64,000 nt of DNA from Octopus sinensis (taxonomy: Eukaryota). Each line of letters begins with the position of its first letter. Position 1 is the first letter of the stretch. This document shows positions 1 to 11,281 of this stretch, one piece after another. The translations under genes and the position numbers were made by a program. The stretch is from assembly GCF_006345805.1 (NCBI RefSeq), contig NW_021834241.1:1-64000 (forward strand). Direction: 5' to 3'. The notes beneath the pieces were generated by a model. It was not told the DNA's origin and did not search any database. It saw only the letters and a list, made by a program, of their open reading frames with translations.

Positions 1-59
1 TTCTGCCAGTTCGCCACCTTTAGCTAAGTTGTTGGCATGTGTGCTCCTGCTTGTGAATT

Positions 60-400
60 CCATCAGTCTCTTGGCTCTTGGCACAGACGCTTTTTTGTTA
101 GATCACACCATGAATGTGTGTGAGGAATAAATTCACTTTAAACCCCAATATTTCAACTTGCAGCTTCTCAAGGTTCGCTTATATCCTTTCACTCTTCCTC
201 TTGTACATCAATGACTGATTTGCTATCATATCCAACAATCCCCATTCCTATTCAGATAATAACACCCTTCAATCATCTTTAATCTCGCACACATGCAGGC
301 ATCATCAACATGCATCCTTATACACAGTGTATTAAACCTGCTCTGCTTCCTTAGACAAACTATTCTTTAAAGGGGCCAGAATTGGTTCAGTGAATGTTCA
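60..400 (+). mobile_element. Decayed CR1/Jockey-type LINE reverse transcriptase fragment
   Basis: Manual translation gives SQGS...LSLFLLYIND*FAIISNNPHSYSDNNTLQSS, matching the RT core PQGS..LFLLYINDL...HSYADD, with stops and frameshifts. Confidence 0.6.
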
Positions 401-449
401 TCCGATGTGGTCATGTAACTTTACAATTTATTCTCAAACATACTTTAGT

Positions 450-451
<2 letters not shown>

Positions 452-488
<37 letters not shown>

Positions 489-599
489 TTGCATGTGTGT
501 GTGTGTATGTGTGCATCTGTCAATTTATCTACCAAGCTATCTATCTATCTATCTATCTATTTATCTATCTTCCTACCTACATATCTATCTATCTATCTT

Positions 600-637
<38 letters not shown>

Positions 638-666
638 AATCTATCTATCTATCTATCCATCCATCC

Positions 667-708
<42 letters not shown>

Positions 709-715
709 GTCTGCC
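452..715. repeat. (TG)n followed by (TATC)n microsatellites
   Basis: Directly visible; source of the spurious ORFs at 390-1150. Confidence 0.95.
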
Positions 716-766
716 TGTCTATTTATCTATCATTTAAGAGTATATACATACATACTTACATACATG

Positions 767-812
<46 letters not shown>

Positions 813-931
813 ATATATATATATATAATATAAATAATATATGCATGCATATATACATACGCATATGTACATACGTGCATCTATACATACATACATATAT
901 ATATATATGTATAGATGTAAGTATGTACATA

Positions 932-975
<44 letters not shown>

Positions 976-979
976 TATG

Positions 980-1240
980 TGGGCACAGGACGTCATGAAA
1001 CGTGTACAACAAAAAAAAGTACGAAGCACGAGTACATGGAACCTGAACTATTCTTTCAAAGAATGGAAGACACAAATGGAAAAAAAAACAAACAACATAA
1101 AAAACGATCCTTTATCAGTTGTTGGCTTTTTTTCAAGTTTCGTATTTTGAGCATTTAACAACAATATATGCTTTTGATAAAACAGTAGCTTCTGCAAAGC
1201 AAATTGAATAAAATTTGGGATTTTGCAGAGGGTCAAAATA
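980..1240. mobile_element. Single-arm copy of the unclassified repeat that forms the 41106-41669 palindrome
   Basis: Colinear motifs shared with 41106-41340: ggcacaggacgtca/ggtacaggatgtca, aacgatcctttatcagttgttggc/aacgacccttcatcagttgtcggc, ttttgagcatt, agggtcaaa. Confidence 0.6.
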
Positions 1241-1261
1241 GGTATATATATAAATGTACAT

Positions 1262-1308
<47 letters not shown>

Positions 1309-1337
1309 CATCACACACACACATACATACATGAATA

Positions 1338-1369
<32 letters not shown>

Positions 1370-1499
1370 CATATATATATATATGATTGTCGTTAAATGT
1401 AACTAAGGGTGTCCTTTATGGTAACACATTGCACATGGCTGTTTATATTAATTATATACATACATATATATCATGTTTACATACACACACACACACACA

Positions 1500-1532
<33 letters not shown>

Positions 1533-1828
1533 GTATACATATATATATGTGTATATACATATATATATATGTATACACACACACATACAAGTGTAAGAAC
1601 CTTAGAGAGTGTGTACTTTTCAGGACCAAATAAACCACCCACATAGAGTATATATTTATGTTAAGTAAGATGGTGACATTTATGTGTATGGGGACATCAA
1701 TAGGTTTGATATTTCAAGGGGCTTTTACCTGATTAGTTCTTATCATCATCCAGTTAGTTTCTAAATTGATTTATCTAAATTCTAAATGCATCCAAAAACC
1801 CGATCTCTTTTTGTTTCCCCCTTTATAT

Positions 1829-1894
<66 letters not shown>

Positions 1895-2123
1895 ATATAT
1901 ATATAGTATATTCTATAATGTATATATATATATATAGTATATATAGATATATATATATATATAAAAAACTTAGCTTTTATGAATGCTCACCAGAAATAAT
2001 GTAACGCTGAAGTTATTTGATACAAACCTTGAAAACAGAACAGAAACTTCGACATCCACAAAGACGTGAAAACAAAATTTTTTTTCAAACATTTATCATC
2101 AAAATAAGAATCGCCAACCTCCT

Positions 2124-2163
<40 letters not shown>

Positions 2164-2439
2164 AAATAAATACAGATGAAAATATATAAAAAGAGAAAAA
2201 AAAAAAACTGGAGTTACAAAATATTTCAGGCATTTCTATATAAGATCACACATTGAAAAGGTTCTAATGCTGCTCTCTGAGAATAGTGTTGCCAGTAAGA
2301 TAATATCTGACAGCAGTATTTACCGATATCTCTACGATGATATCTTTGCTGGTATAAATCAATAATTAGCGTGGTTTTTAACAAAGTATGGTGTCACTAG
2401 AAATATCTATCCCGAGATAAATTGCTGACTCACACAAAG

Positions 2440-2485
<46 letters not shown>

Positions 2486-2893
2486 ATAATATAACATAGA
2501 AGCATAGGCACCAACATATTAGAGAAATATATATTTATAACATATGTATATAATAAATGCAAATGTCTCCGCCCACTTACATAATATATATATAATAAAT
2601 ACATTATATATATATTCATATGTATATACATATTTATGTATCTATATATAGGTACACACACATACATATATGTATAAGTATATCTATATACGTGTGTATG
2701 TATACACACACATACACACGCATTACACACACATAAAATATTTCAGAATATACCATCACATTTGTAGATCAATAATTATTATGTTGAAATGTCGATACAG
2801 ATTACTAGGAAACATCAATAATATTTTAATCAACATTAACACACATCACTTGTAACACGCATTGATAAGATTTATGTCATGTTAAATATACTT

Positions 2894-2924
<31 letters not shown>

Positions 2925-3404
2925 ACTACACACCAATAGCCTTGCTCTTGATAATAAAATATACCATCCTAGACGTATACATGCACAGAAAATATTGCTT
3001 TTGCTATCAATACACATGAGTTATTTCTGCTAACACACATGCACCATACGCAAATGTGTCTTTCCTATCTGTAACATCTAAACATTAAAATACACACATG
3101 CACACACATGAATAGAGACATGCATACACATATTGTCTGCCATCCCTTGGGGGTGAACCGTGATTGTCCACCTGATTTCACTTTTATAGGCCTGCATGTG
3201 ACTACGTGCATGAATGAAAGATCCACAAATCTGATCGTTGACCAGGTATTTTTTTTGTCCAACAGGAAAAGATGTTTTGTGTTTGTTGCTGTTTGGTATT
3301 TTCTATGCTCATGTTTGTTTAGTTTGTGTTCTGTTGAAGCATTGGGCTCCGTGATAGAGAAACCCTCTCTACTTATACCTGCAATTCCCACTTATATTTT
3401 ACTT

Positions 3405-3600
3405 GCCTTGGTCATTGAATCGTGACTATCCTGGGGCACCACCTTCAAGAGTTTTAGTCAAAGGAATCAAACCCAGTGCTTATTTTCAAGTCTGCTATAT
3501 ATTATATCAATCGTTTTGCCAAACTGCTATGTTACAAAGATGTAAACAAACCAACACTGGTCATTTAGTGGTGGGGACAAGCACAAACACAAAGGTACAC
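3405..3600 (-). mobile_element. Old, diverged 3' half of SINE family A
   Basis: Degenerate match to the family A right arm (ggggcaccacc...ttttgccaaactgct...gtaaacaaaccaaca). Confidence 0.6.
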
Positions 3601-3657
3601 ATACATACATACATACATACATACATACATGGATACATGCATACATGCATACATGCA

Positions 3658-3691
<34 letters not shown>

Positions 3692-3695
3692 AATC

Positions 3696-3744
<49 letters not shown>

Positions 3745-3966
3745 ACAATATTAAGGAATGGCCTTGATAGGCCATTCGACCCACTAGAAAGAGCAGCTAA
3801 ACTCAAACTGCTAAATAGTTGTAATTCAGAAACCAAAGGAAAATAAAAACATTTACCCTTATTTTTTCTTTCTCACTAGACCTCTGGTGCCGAAAAATTT
3901 CTCTTGAATTTTTTGCTACCCTGATATTGATAAATATATATACAGAGAGAGAGAGAGAGAGGGAGA

Positions 3967-4014
<48 letters not shown>

Positions 4015-4257
4015 TAGATAGATAGATAGATAGATATAAGGTTAATCCCTACACATTGTTTTTCTCTGTTTTTTGTTCTCTCTTCATTAATTTTCCTCTC
4101 AATCCTTTCTATTGAAGAGCATAGGCTTGAAACATTAACCACTTTTCCATACTTCCTGAGCGTCAAATTAATATTGTCTACTTGTTGTTCCCTCACTTGT
4201 CTTCATCTTTTGTTTTCTGTAAATTTGAACTATATATAAACATATATATCTGCATAT

Positions 4258-4570
4258 GTGGAGGCGCAATGGCCCAGTGGTTAGGGCAGCGCACTAGCGG
4301 TCGTAGGATCGAGGTTTCGATTCCCAGACCGGGCGTTGTGAGTGTTTATTGAGCGAAAACACCTAAAAGCTCCACGAGGCTCCGGCAGGGGGTGGTGATC
4401 CCTGCTGTACTCTTTCGTACTCCGCCACTCTTTCTCTCCACTCTTCTCTGTTGGCCTGCTCGCTTAGCCAGCGGGGTGGCATCATTCGAAGGCTAAAACA
4501 ATGCGAACGCATTGTGACCAGCGATGTGTAGCAACATCTGATGGTCTGGTCAGTCACGTGATCACGTGAT
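4258..4570 (+). mobile_element. tRNA-derived SINE family B1 (tRNA-Arg-like head), full length
   Basis: Head ggaggcgcaatggcccagtggttagggcagcg...gtttcgattcccag with A- and B-box-like motifs; ends gtcacgtgatcacgtgat; further copies at 7862, 17040 and 48959. Confidence 0.85.
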
Positions 4571-4620
4571 ATTTGTATACACACACATATATATATATAT
4601 ATATATTTATAGTTTTTTTG

Positions 4621-4829
4621 TGTGTGTGTCTGTGTTTGTCCGCCCACCATCGCTTGACAACCAATGTTGGCGTGTTTATGTCCCCGTTACTTAGTAGTTT
4701 GGCAAAAGCGCCTGACAGAAAAACTACTTGGCTTACAAAGAATAAGTCTTGGGGTCGATTTGTTTGACTAAAAGCAGTGCCCCACCATGGCTGCAGTCAA
4801 ATGACTGAAACAAGTAAAAGAATAAAAGA
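4621..4829 (+). mobile_element. SINE family A, 3' half
   Basis: Right-arm sequence ending gcagtcaaatgactgaaacaagtaaaag. Confidence 0.85.
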
Positions 4830-4852
4830 ATATATATATATATATATGTATA

Positions 4853-5267
4853 CTCTTTTACTTTTACTCTTTTACTTGTTTCAATCATTTGACTGCAGCC
4901 ATGCTGGAGCACTGCCTTTAGTCGAGCAACTCGACCCCGGGACTTATTCTTTTTTGTAAGCCCAGTACTTATTCTATCAGTCTCTTTTGCCAAACCGCTA
5001 AGTGACGGGGACGTAAACACACCAGCATCGGTTGTCAAGCAATGCTAGGGGGACAATCACAGACACACATACACACACACGCATATATACATATACATAT
5101 ATACAACGGGCTTCCTTCAGTTTCTGTCTACCAAATCCACTCACAAGGCATTGGTCAGCCCGAGGCTATAGTAGAAGACACTTGCCCAAGGTGCCACGCA
5201 GTGGGACTGAACCCGGAACCATGTGGCTGGTAAACAAGCTACTTACCACACAGCCACTCCTGCGCCT
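4853..5267 (-). mobile_element. tRNA-derived SINE family A, full length
   Basis: Reverse complement begins aggcgcaggagtggctgtgtggtaag...ggttccgggttcagtccc, has a central TA/TG microsatellite and a (gtaaaaga)n tail. Confidence 0.92.
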
Positions 5268-5276
5268 ATATATATT

Positions 5277-5512
5277 AATATAAGGCAAATTTAGATACAG
5301 TAGGGTGTATAATACCACTTGCTAAAATCAGAGCCAAGGCTTGAAAACCACCAGAAACCCACAATAAAGATACACATGAGCAATGCAAAGGAAATATGAG
5401 AAATAGGCTTAACTTCATGTTGAATACATCAGTATGTAATGTATATATTTCAATACCAATTGATTTCACCCTCTATATGACCAACATACTGTGTCTAAAT
5501 TTGCCTTATATT
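5277..5512. repeat. Fold-back or MITE-like element with ~26-bp terminal inverted repeats
   Basis: aatataaggcaaatttagatacagta (5277-5302) versus tactgtgtctaaatttgccttatatt (5487-5512), one mismatch. Confidence 0.75.
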
Positions 5513-5878
5513 GTGTCTGTAATGGTGTGAACATGCTAGCCACCTTATTATTACCTTATTAATATCATTAATAACAGTAATAATACATCTTTACTTAATA
5601 GACATACATAATATATGATATATATATATATATATATATATAAGTTAATGTAGGATAATATTTTTTTCGAAAAAATTTTTTATCAATGGCCAGCATATTA
5701 AAAATACCTTTAAAGGTTAAAATTATAAACAACTTATAAATAAGGGTAAACGAAAAAATTTCTAATGCCAAATATGCCAAAAATTGGACATATTGTCCAT
5801 TACCATATAATTTTTCACAATATGCATGCTACTCGAAAAAAAGCCGACAGAAATTTCTTAAAAATTCCATTATTACCA

Positions 5879-5931
5879 TATCGGACCGATTTCAGGCTTG
5901 GTTCGTAAGAACCCTCCCTTAGTCAGTGATA
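5879..5931 (-). ncRNA. Decayed type-I hammerhead-like motif
   Basis: Minus strand UAUCA CUGACUA AGG..GGUUC-UUAC-GAACC..CCU GAAAUCGGUC CGAUA; core G8 is altered and the first stem I pair is mismatched. Confidence 0.45.
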
Positions 5932-6051
5932 AATGTGGCAAAGAAATAAATGAGATACTTACTCATACCCATGGAAGAAGCAAAACACTAAGTCATGAGT
6001 ACAACTAAGTACCCCAAATACATCCATATTTTGGATATATATATATATATG

Positions 6052-6288
6052 TTAGAAGAAATAAGGTACTCTGAAATCTGGATGGTTTTATATTTACAGA
6101 TTTTTATTAATGTGTCACATCTTTTTATAAATCATATATTAGTGCTTGCATCTACCCTAGTAGACTCTGGGAGCATCTACAAGAATAGATGCAAGCGCTA
6201 ATATATGATTTTATAAAAAGATGTGACATATTAATAAAAATCTGTAGATATAAAACCATCCAGATTTCAGAGTACCTTATTCTTCTAA
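6052..6288. repeat. Fold-back palindrome, ~103-bp arms and 31-bp spacer
   Basis: 6052-6154 is the reverse complement of 6186-6288 with a few mismatches. Confidence 0.9.
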
Positions 6289-6318
6289 TATATAATACCT
6301 GTACATCACCTCCAAACC

Positions 6319-6324
<6 letters not shown>

Positions 6325-6370
<46 letters not shown>

Positions 6371-6471
6371 ATGTAATATATATATAGTATATATATATGT
6401 ATAATATATAGTATATATATATATATATATCTATATATATATATATATATTATATAATATTATATATATAT

Positions 6472-6535
<64 letters not shown>
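6325..6535. repeat. (TA)n microsatellite
   Basis: Directly visible. Confidence 0.95.
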
Positions 6536-6539
<4 letters not shown>

Positions 6540-6550
6540 TACATAAACAT

Positions 6551-6887
6551 GTGAAGGCGCATGGCTCAGTGGTTAGAGCATCGAGCTTACGATCGTGAGG
6601 TTGTGAGCTCGAATCCTGGACCGGGCTGTGTGTTGTGTTCTTGACAAGGCACTTTTATTTCACGTTGCTCAGTACACTCAGCTGTAGAAATGAGTTGCGA
6701 TGTCACAGGTGCCAAGCTGCATCGATCTTCACCTTTCCCTTGGATAACAACTGGTGGTGTGGAGAGGGGAGGCTGGTATGCATGGGCGACTGCTGGCCTT
6801 CCATAAACAACCTTGCCCGGACTTGTGTCTGGGAGGGTAACTTTCTAGGTGCAATCCCATGGTCATTCATGACCGAAGGGGGTCTTT
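6551..6887 (+). mobile_element. tRNA-derived SINE family C (tRNA-Lys-like head), full length
   Basis: Head gaaggcgcatggctcagtggttagagc...gctcgaatcc; the same body recurs at 11091-11281 and 60572-60905. Confidence 0.85.
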
Positions 6888-7861
6888 ATACATAAACATA
6901 TATATATATACACATATATATAAATATGCAGATGTATATATGCACACATGCACACACAAATATATATATATTTATATATACATATATATGCACATGCTGT
7001 GTGAATATCTTGAATAGCAGATGGGCCCGTCAGATCACTGCTTGATTTACATGATGTAAATCTCAATAATGTAAACATTTTTGGGCAGCTACATGCATGT
7101 GCTACATGTGTATATCCATCAAGATGCAACACATAATGTGGTGAGGCAAAGAAAAGAATTTCTCGATTAAAGAATTTGATGCTATTTTTAGAAGCTTTCA
7201 AGAGGAAAACACATGACAATGGATGCAGATCCAACAGAATTGTCCAAATACCAAACTAATTACCTGCAGCATTTTGTTGGTGCTCTTTATGCTCTTTATG
7301 TACTGAATTCATGTATCTGGGTTGACAAAATAAAGTAGCAGTTAAGTGCTGGAGTTGATTTAATGTTCTTATAAGGCATCCTGATAAGAACGAAATTATA
7401 ATATAATTTTATAGAAAGAGAGAGAAAGAGAGAGAGTGTGTGAGGGACAGAATGTGTGTGTGTGAGATATATATATATATATATGCAGAGAGAGAGAGAG
7501 AGAGAGTAAGGGACAGAGTGTGTGCATGTGAGAGAGACAGAGATAGAGAGAGAGAGAAAAAGCACTGTTATATCGGATCAGACATTAAACTGAAAATGTA
7601 CTCAACAGCATAGCTAGTCATCATGTATGCATGTATGTATGTATGTATGTAGGTATGTATGTATATATGTATGCATGCACGCATGTATGTATGTATGCAT
7701 GAATGAATGTATGTATGTATGTAGGTATGTAGGTATGTATGTATATATGTATGCATGCACGCATGTATGTATGTATGCATGAATGAATGTATGTATGTAT
7801 GTATTTATGTATGTATGCATATAAATATATATATATGTGTGGTGTGTGTGTGTGTGTGTGT

Positions 7862-8081
7862 GTCACGTGATCATGTGACCTGCCAAGCTATCAGATGTTG
7901 CTGCACATCGCTGGTCACAGTGCGCTTCTCATTGCTTAAGCCTTCAATGACGCCACCCCGCTGGCTAAGTGAGCAGGGCAACAGACGAAAGAGTAAGAGA
8001 AAGTTGCGGCAAAAGAGTACAGCAGGGATCGCCACCACCTCCTGCTGGAGCCTTGTGGAGCTTTAGGTGTTTTTGATCAAA
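7862..8081 (-). mobile_element. SINE family B1, truncated at the Tc1/mariner insertion
   Basis: Reverse-complement match to 4360-4570; ends at the TA preceding the transposon TIR. Confidence 0.8.
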
Positions 8082-8083
8082 TA

Positions 8084-8955
8084 CAAAGTATGATGGGTAA
8101 ATTGTTGCCATTTCATATTTTTAGTTTTGTGCATGTGCATTGTTTATTTTTGATTTTGTTGGGTACACAGTATAGTAGGGTCAGTTGGGCACTGTCTGCA
8201 AGAAAAATATCACCATGATGCAATTCACTCCGCCAGACATTTGGAAACAACATGCTGTACTGTTTGGCATTCACACCAGAATCTCCAATACAAACATTTC
8301 AGAGTGTTTGGGTGTCAATCTGAGGACAGTGCAATTTGAGGACATGTACCAAGGATTCAGTCAATCTCATGATATTTGGAGGTATCACGAGTGATGGTGA
8401 CGTTATGCCTTAATTCATCTTCCCACACGGCCTCAAACTCAACATAAAGGCCTACATCAAGTGCCTGGAGGAGGTAGTACTACCCAGAGTCAAGAAGGGG
8501 ACTGCTGGAAGACCCTATGTCTGGCAACTGGTCTCTGCACCATGCCACACAAGCAGAAGAACCCAGTCATGGCTGTCAGACAATTTCTGCAACCACATCA
8601 CCCTTAACATCTGGCCACGTAATTCTCCAGACAGGTACCCTCTTGATTGTTATGTGTGGGGTGCAGTTGAGTAAGAGGCCAACATAACACCTTGTAACAC
8701 TAAAGATGAACTGAAGGCTTGGATTATGGCAGCATTTGCCAACTTAACAAGGAGACCATTCAGAAGAGTTGCAGGAGATTCCAAATTCGTCTGGAGGCCG
8801 TGGTTGAAGCCAATGGCGATTTTATTGAGTAAATTTACACTTCAGTATTTCAAGATATTTTTATGTAATTTTGGTAAATATGTCTGTTAATATGAGATTT
8901 CAGTGTTACTTTCAGTTTTGTGTAATTTAGATGACAGTTTATTCACCACACCTTG
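8084..8955 (+). mobile_element. Internally deleted, decayed Tc1/mariner transposon of DD37D (maT-like) type
   Basis: Translation DGDVMP*FIFPHGLKLN..YIKCLEEVVLP..RPYVWQLVSAPCHTSRRTQSWLSDNF..IWPRNSPDRYPLDCYVWGAVE. There are 37 residues between the position of the second D (mutated) and the third D. Degenerate TIRs (caaagtatgatgggtaaa / tttattcaccacaccttg) are flanked by TA. Confidence 0.85.
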
Positions 8956-9540
8956 TATGTATGTATGTATGTGTATACACATACATACACACGCCTATGG
9001 ATGTATGTATGTGTGTATATATACATATATATATACATACATATATATATGTATGTATGTATGTATACATGTATATACGAGTGACTAAAATGTAGTTGAA
9101 AGGATTACATCACTGAAGCCAAGCAGCTTCAAGACCAGTGAGAAATTGAAGTGTGTGTGTGTATGGGCCGGTGTGCATGTGTGTGTGTGTGTGTGTGCAT
9201 CTGATACATTCATCTAAGTACAAACTTGATGTTTGAAGTATTTACCTGGAGCAGGTTTCGTTGTGTCAGGTAATGAAATTTCAGGAAACACCACAGTGGG
9301 GATGTCCCATTGATCTTAGACAAACAAATGGGAGAAAGGTGAAATCAATAACACATGCCAACCTGAGATTTTGCAATTATTTCTAAGAATTCTAATGCAT
9401 GGCTATATACATATTTATGTGCAACATACGCTCAAACATCTTATACACCAACCGTATCACTTGCATCTTCGTTGCTCCAACATCTGCATCTTCTCATATC
9501 ACCAATGCATGTGACAACAATTATAGAAGGTCGATGATAT

Positions 9541-9951
9541 AGGCGCAGGAGTGGCTGTGTGGTAAGTAGCTTGCTAACCAACCACAAGGTTCCGGGTTCA
9601 GTCCCACTGCATGGCATCTTGGGCAAGTGTCTTCTGCTATAGCCCCAGGCCGACCAATGCCTTGTGAGTGGATTTGGTAGATGGAAACTGAAAGAAGCCT
9701 GTCGTATATATGTATATATATATAAGTGTGTGTGTATATGTTTGTGTGTCTGTGTTTGTCCCCCTAGCACTGCTTGACAACCGATGCTGGTGTGTTTACG
9801 TCCCCGTCACCTAGCGGTTCAGCAAAAAGAGACCGATAGAATAAGTACTGGGCTTACAAAGAATAAGTCCCGGTGTCGATTTGCTCGACTAAAGGCGGTG
9901 CTCCAGCATGGCCGCAGTCAAATGACTGAAACAAGTAAAACAGTAAAAGAG
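9541..9951 (+). mobile_element. SINE family A, full length
   Basis: aggcgcaggagtggc head through gtaaaagag tail. Confidence 0.92.
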
Positions 9952-10046
9952 AGAGAGTATACATTTGTGACAAGCTAACTCAACCAAAATAACCCAACCA
10001 TATACGTACACACATGCATACACACACAACACACACAAATATATAT

Positions 10047-10454
10047 ACTCTTTTACTCTTTTACTTGTTTCAGTCATTTTGACTGCAGCCATGCTTGAGC
10101 ACCACCTTTAGTCGAGCAACACTCAGCCCCGGGACTTATTCTTTGTAAGCCGAGTACTTATTCTATCGGTCTCTTTTGCCGAACCGCTAAGTAACGGGGA
10201 CATAAACACACCAGCATCGGTTGTCAAGCAATGCTAGGGGGACAAACAGAGACACACAAACACACATATATATATATATACACATATATACAACGGGCTT
10301 CTTTCAGTTTCCGTCTACCAAATCAACTCACGAGGCTTTGGTCGGCCCGGGGCTATAGTGGAAGACACTTGCCCAAGGTGCCACGCAGTGGGACTGAACC
10401 CGGAACCATGTGGTTGGTAAGCAAGCTACTTACCACACAGCCACTCCTACGCCT
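10047..10454 (-). mobile_element. SINE family A, full length
   Basis: Reverse complement of the family A consensus; tail-to-tail with 9541-9951. Confidence 0.92.
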
Positions 10455-10710
10455 ATGTTCACAATATACATGTATATATGTCTTTGTATTATTCTTTAGC
10501 AAAAATAGTGCTGACAGTGATTTTAATGCTACATTCTGGTTATCTTTGGCTGGTTTTCGTCAGTTCAATGCAGGCTTTGATATGTACTTTACAAGAAGTA
10601 TTGAGTAATTCCTCATTTAACATAAAATATAGCTTGGCATAAAAACAAACAATAGTGTATATATGAGTATGTGTATGTGTGTGAGTGTGTTTTTTGTGAT
10701 TTTATATGTA

Positions 10711-10753
<43 letters not shown>

Positions 10754-10816
10754 TCATCTATCTATCTATCTATCTGTCTGTCTGTCTGTCTGTCTGTCTG
10801 CCTGTCTGTCTGTCTG

Positions 10817-11050
10817 TCTTATTTCTTTATTGCCCACAAGGGGCTAAACATAGAGGGGACAAACAAGGACAGACAAACGGATTAAGTCGATTAGATCGAC
10901 CCCAGTGCGTAACTGGTACTTAATTTATCGACCCCGGAAAGATGAAAGGCAAAGTCGACCTCCGCGGGATTTGAACTCAGAACGTAGCGACAGACGAAAT
11001 ACCATTAAGCATTTCGCCCGGCGTGCTAACGATTCTGCCAGCTCGCTGCC
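10817..11050 (-). mobile_element. SINE family E
   Basis: Reverse complement reads ggcagcgagctggcagaatcgttagc...gagttcaaatc...gcctttcatctttccggggtcgataaattaagtacc...gcaataaagaaataaga; second copy at 33583-33812. Confidence 0.85.
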
Positions 11051-11090
11051 TGTCTGTCTGTCTGTCTGTCTGTCTATTCATATGTATGCT

Positions 11091-11281
11091 GAGACCCCCT
11101 TTAGACATGATTGACCATGGGATTGCACCTGGAAAGTTACCCTCCCAGCCAGAAGTCCAGGCTAGGTTGTTTACGGAAGACCAGCGGTCGCCCATGCATG
11201 CCGACCTCCCCTATCCACGCCACCAGTGTTATCCAAGGGAAAGGCAAACGTTGATACAGCTCGGCACCTGTGACTTCGCAA
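11091..11281 (-). mobile_element. SINE family C, 3' half
   Basis: Reverse-complement match to 6700-6887. Confidence 0.8.

Noticed and set aside
2126-2159. Poly(A) run as a processed-pseudogene tail
   Set aside because: No upstream ORF remnant, canonical polyadenylation signal or TSD is visible.
4258-4335. tRNA genes at SINE heads (also at 6551, 9541 and others)
   Set aside because: A/B-box-like heads continue into SINE bodies with no complete cloverleaf or terminator.
9915-9945. Hammerhead-like 3' half in every family A tail (agtcaaatgact-gaaac-aagta)
   Set aside because: No upstream CUGANGA or stem I; better explained as the LINE-recognition stem-loop.
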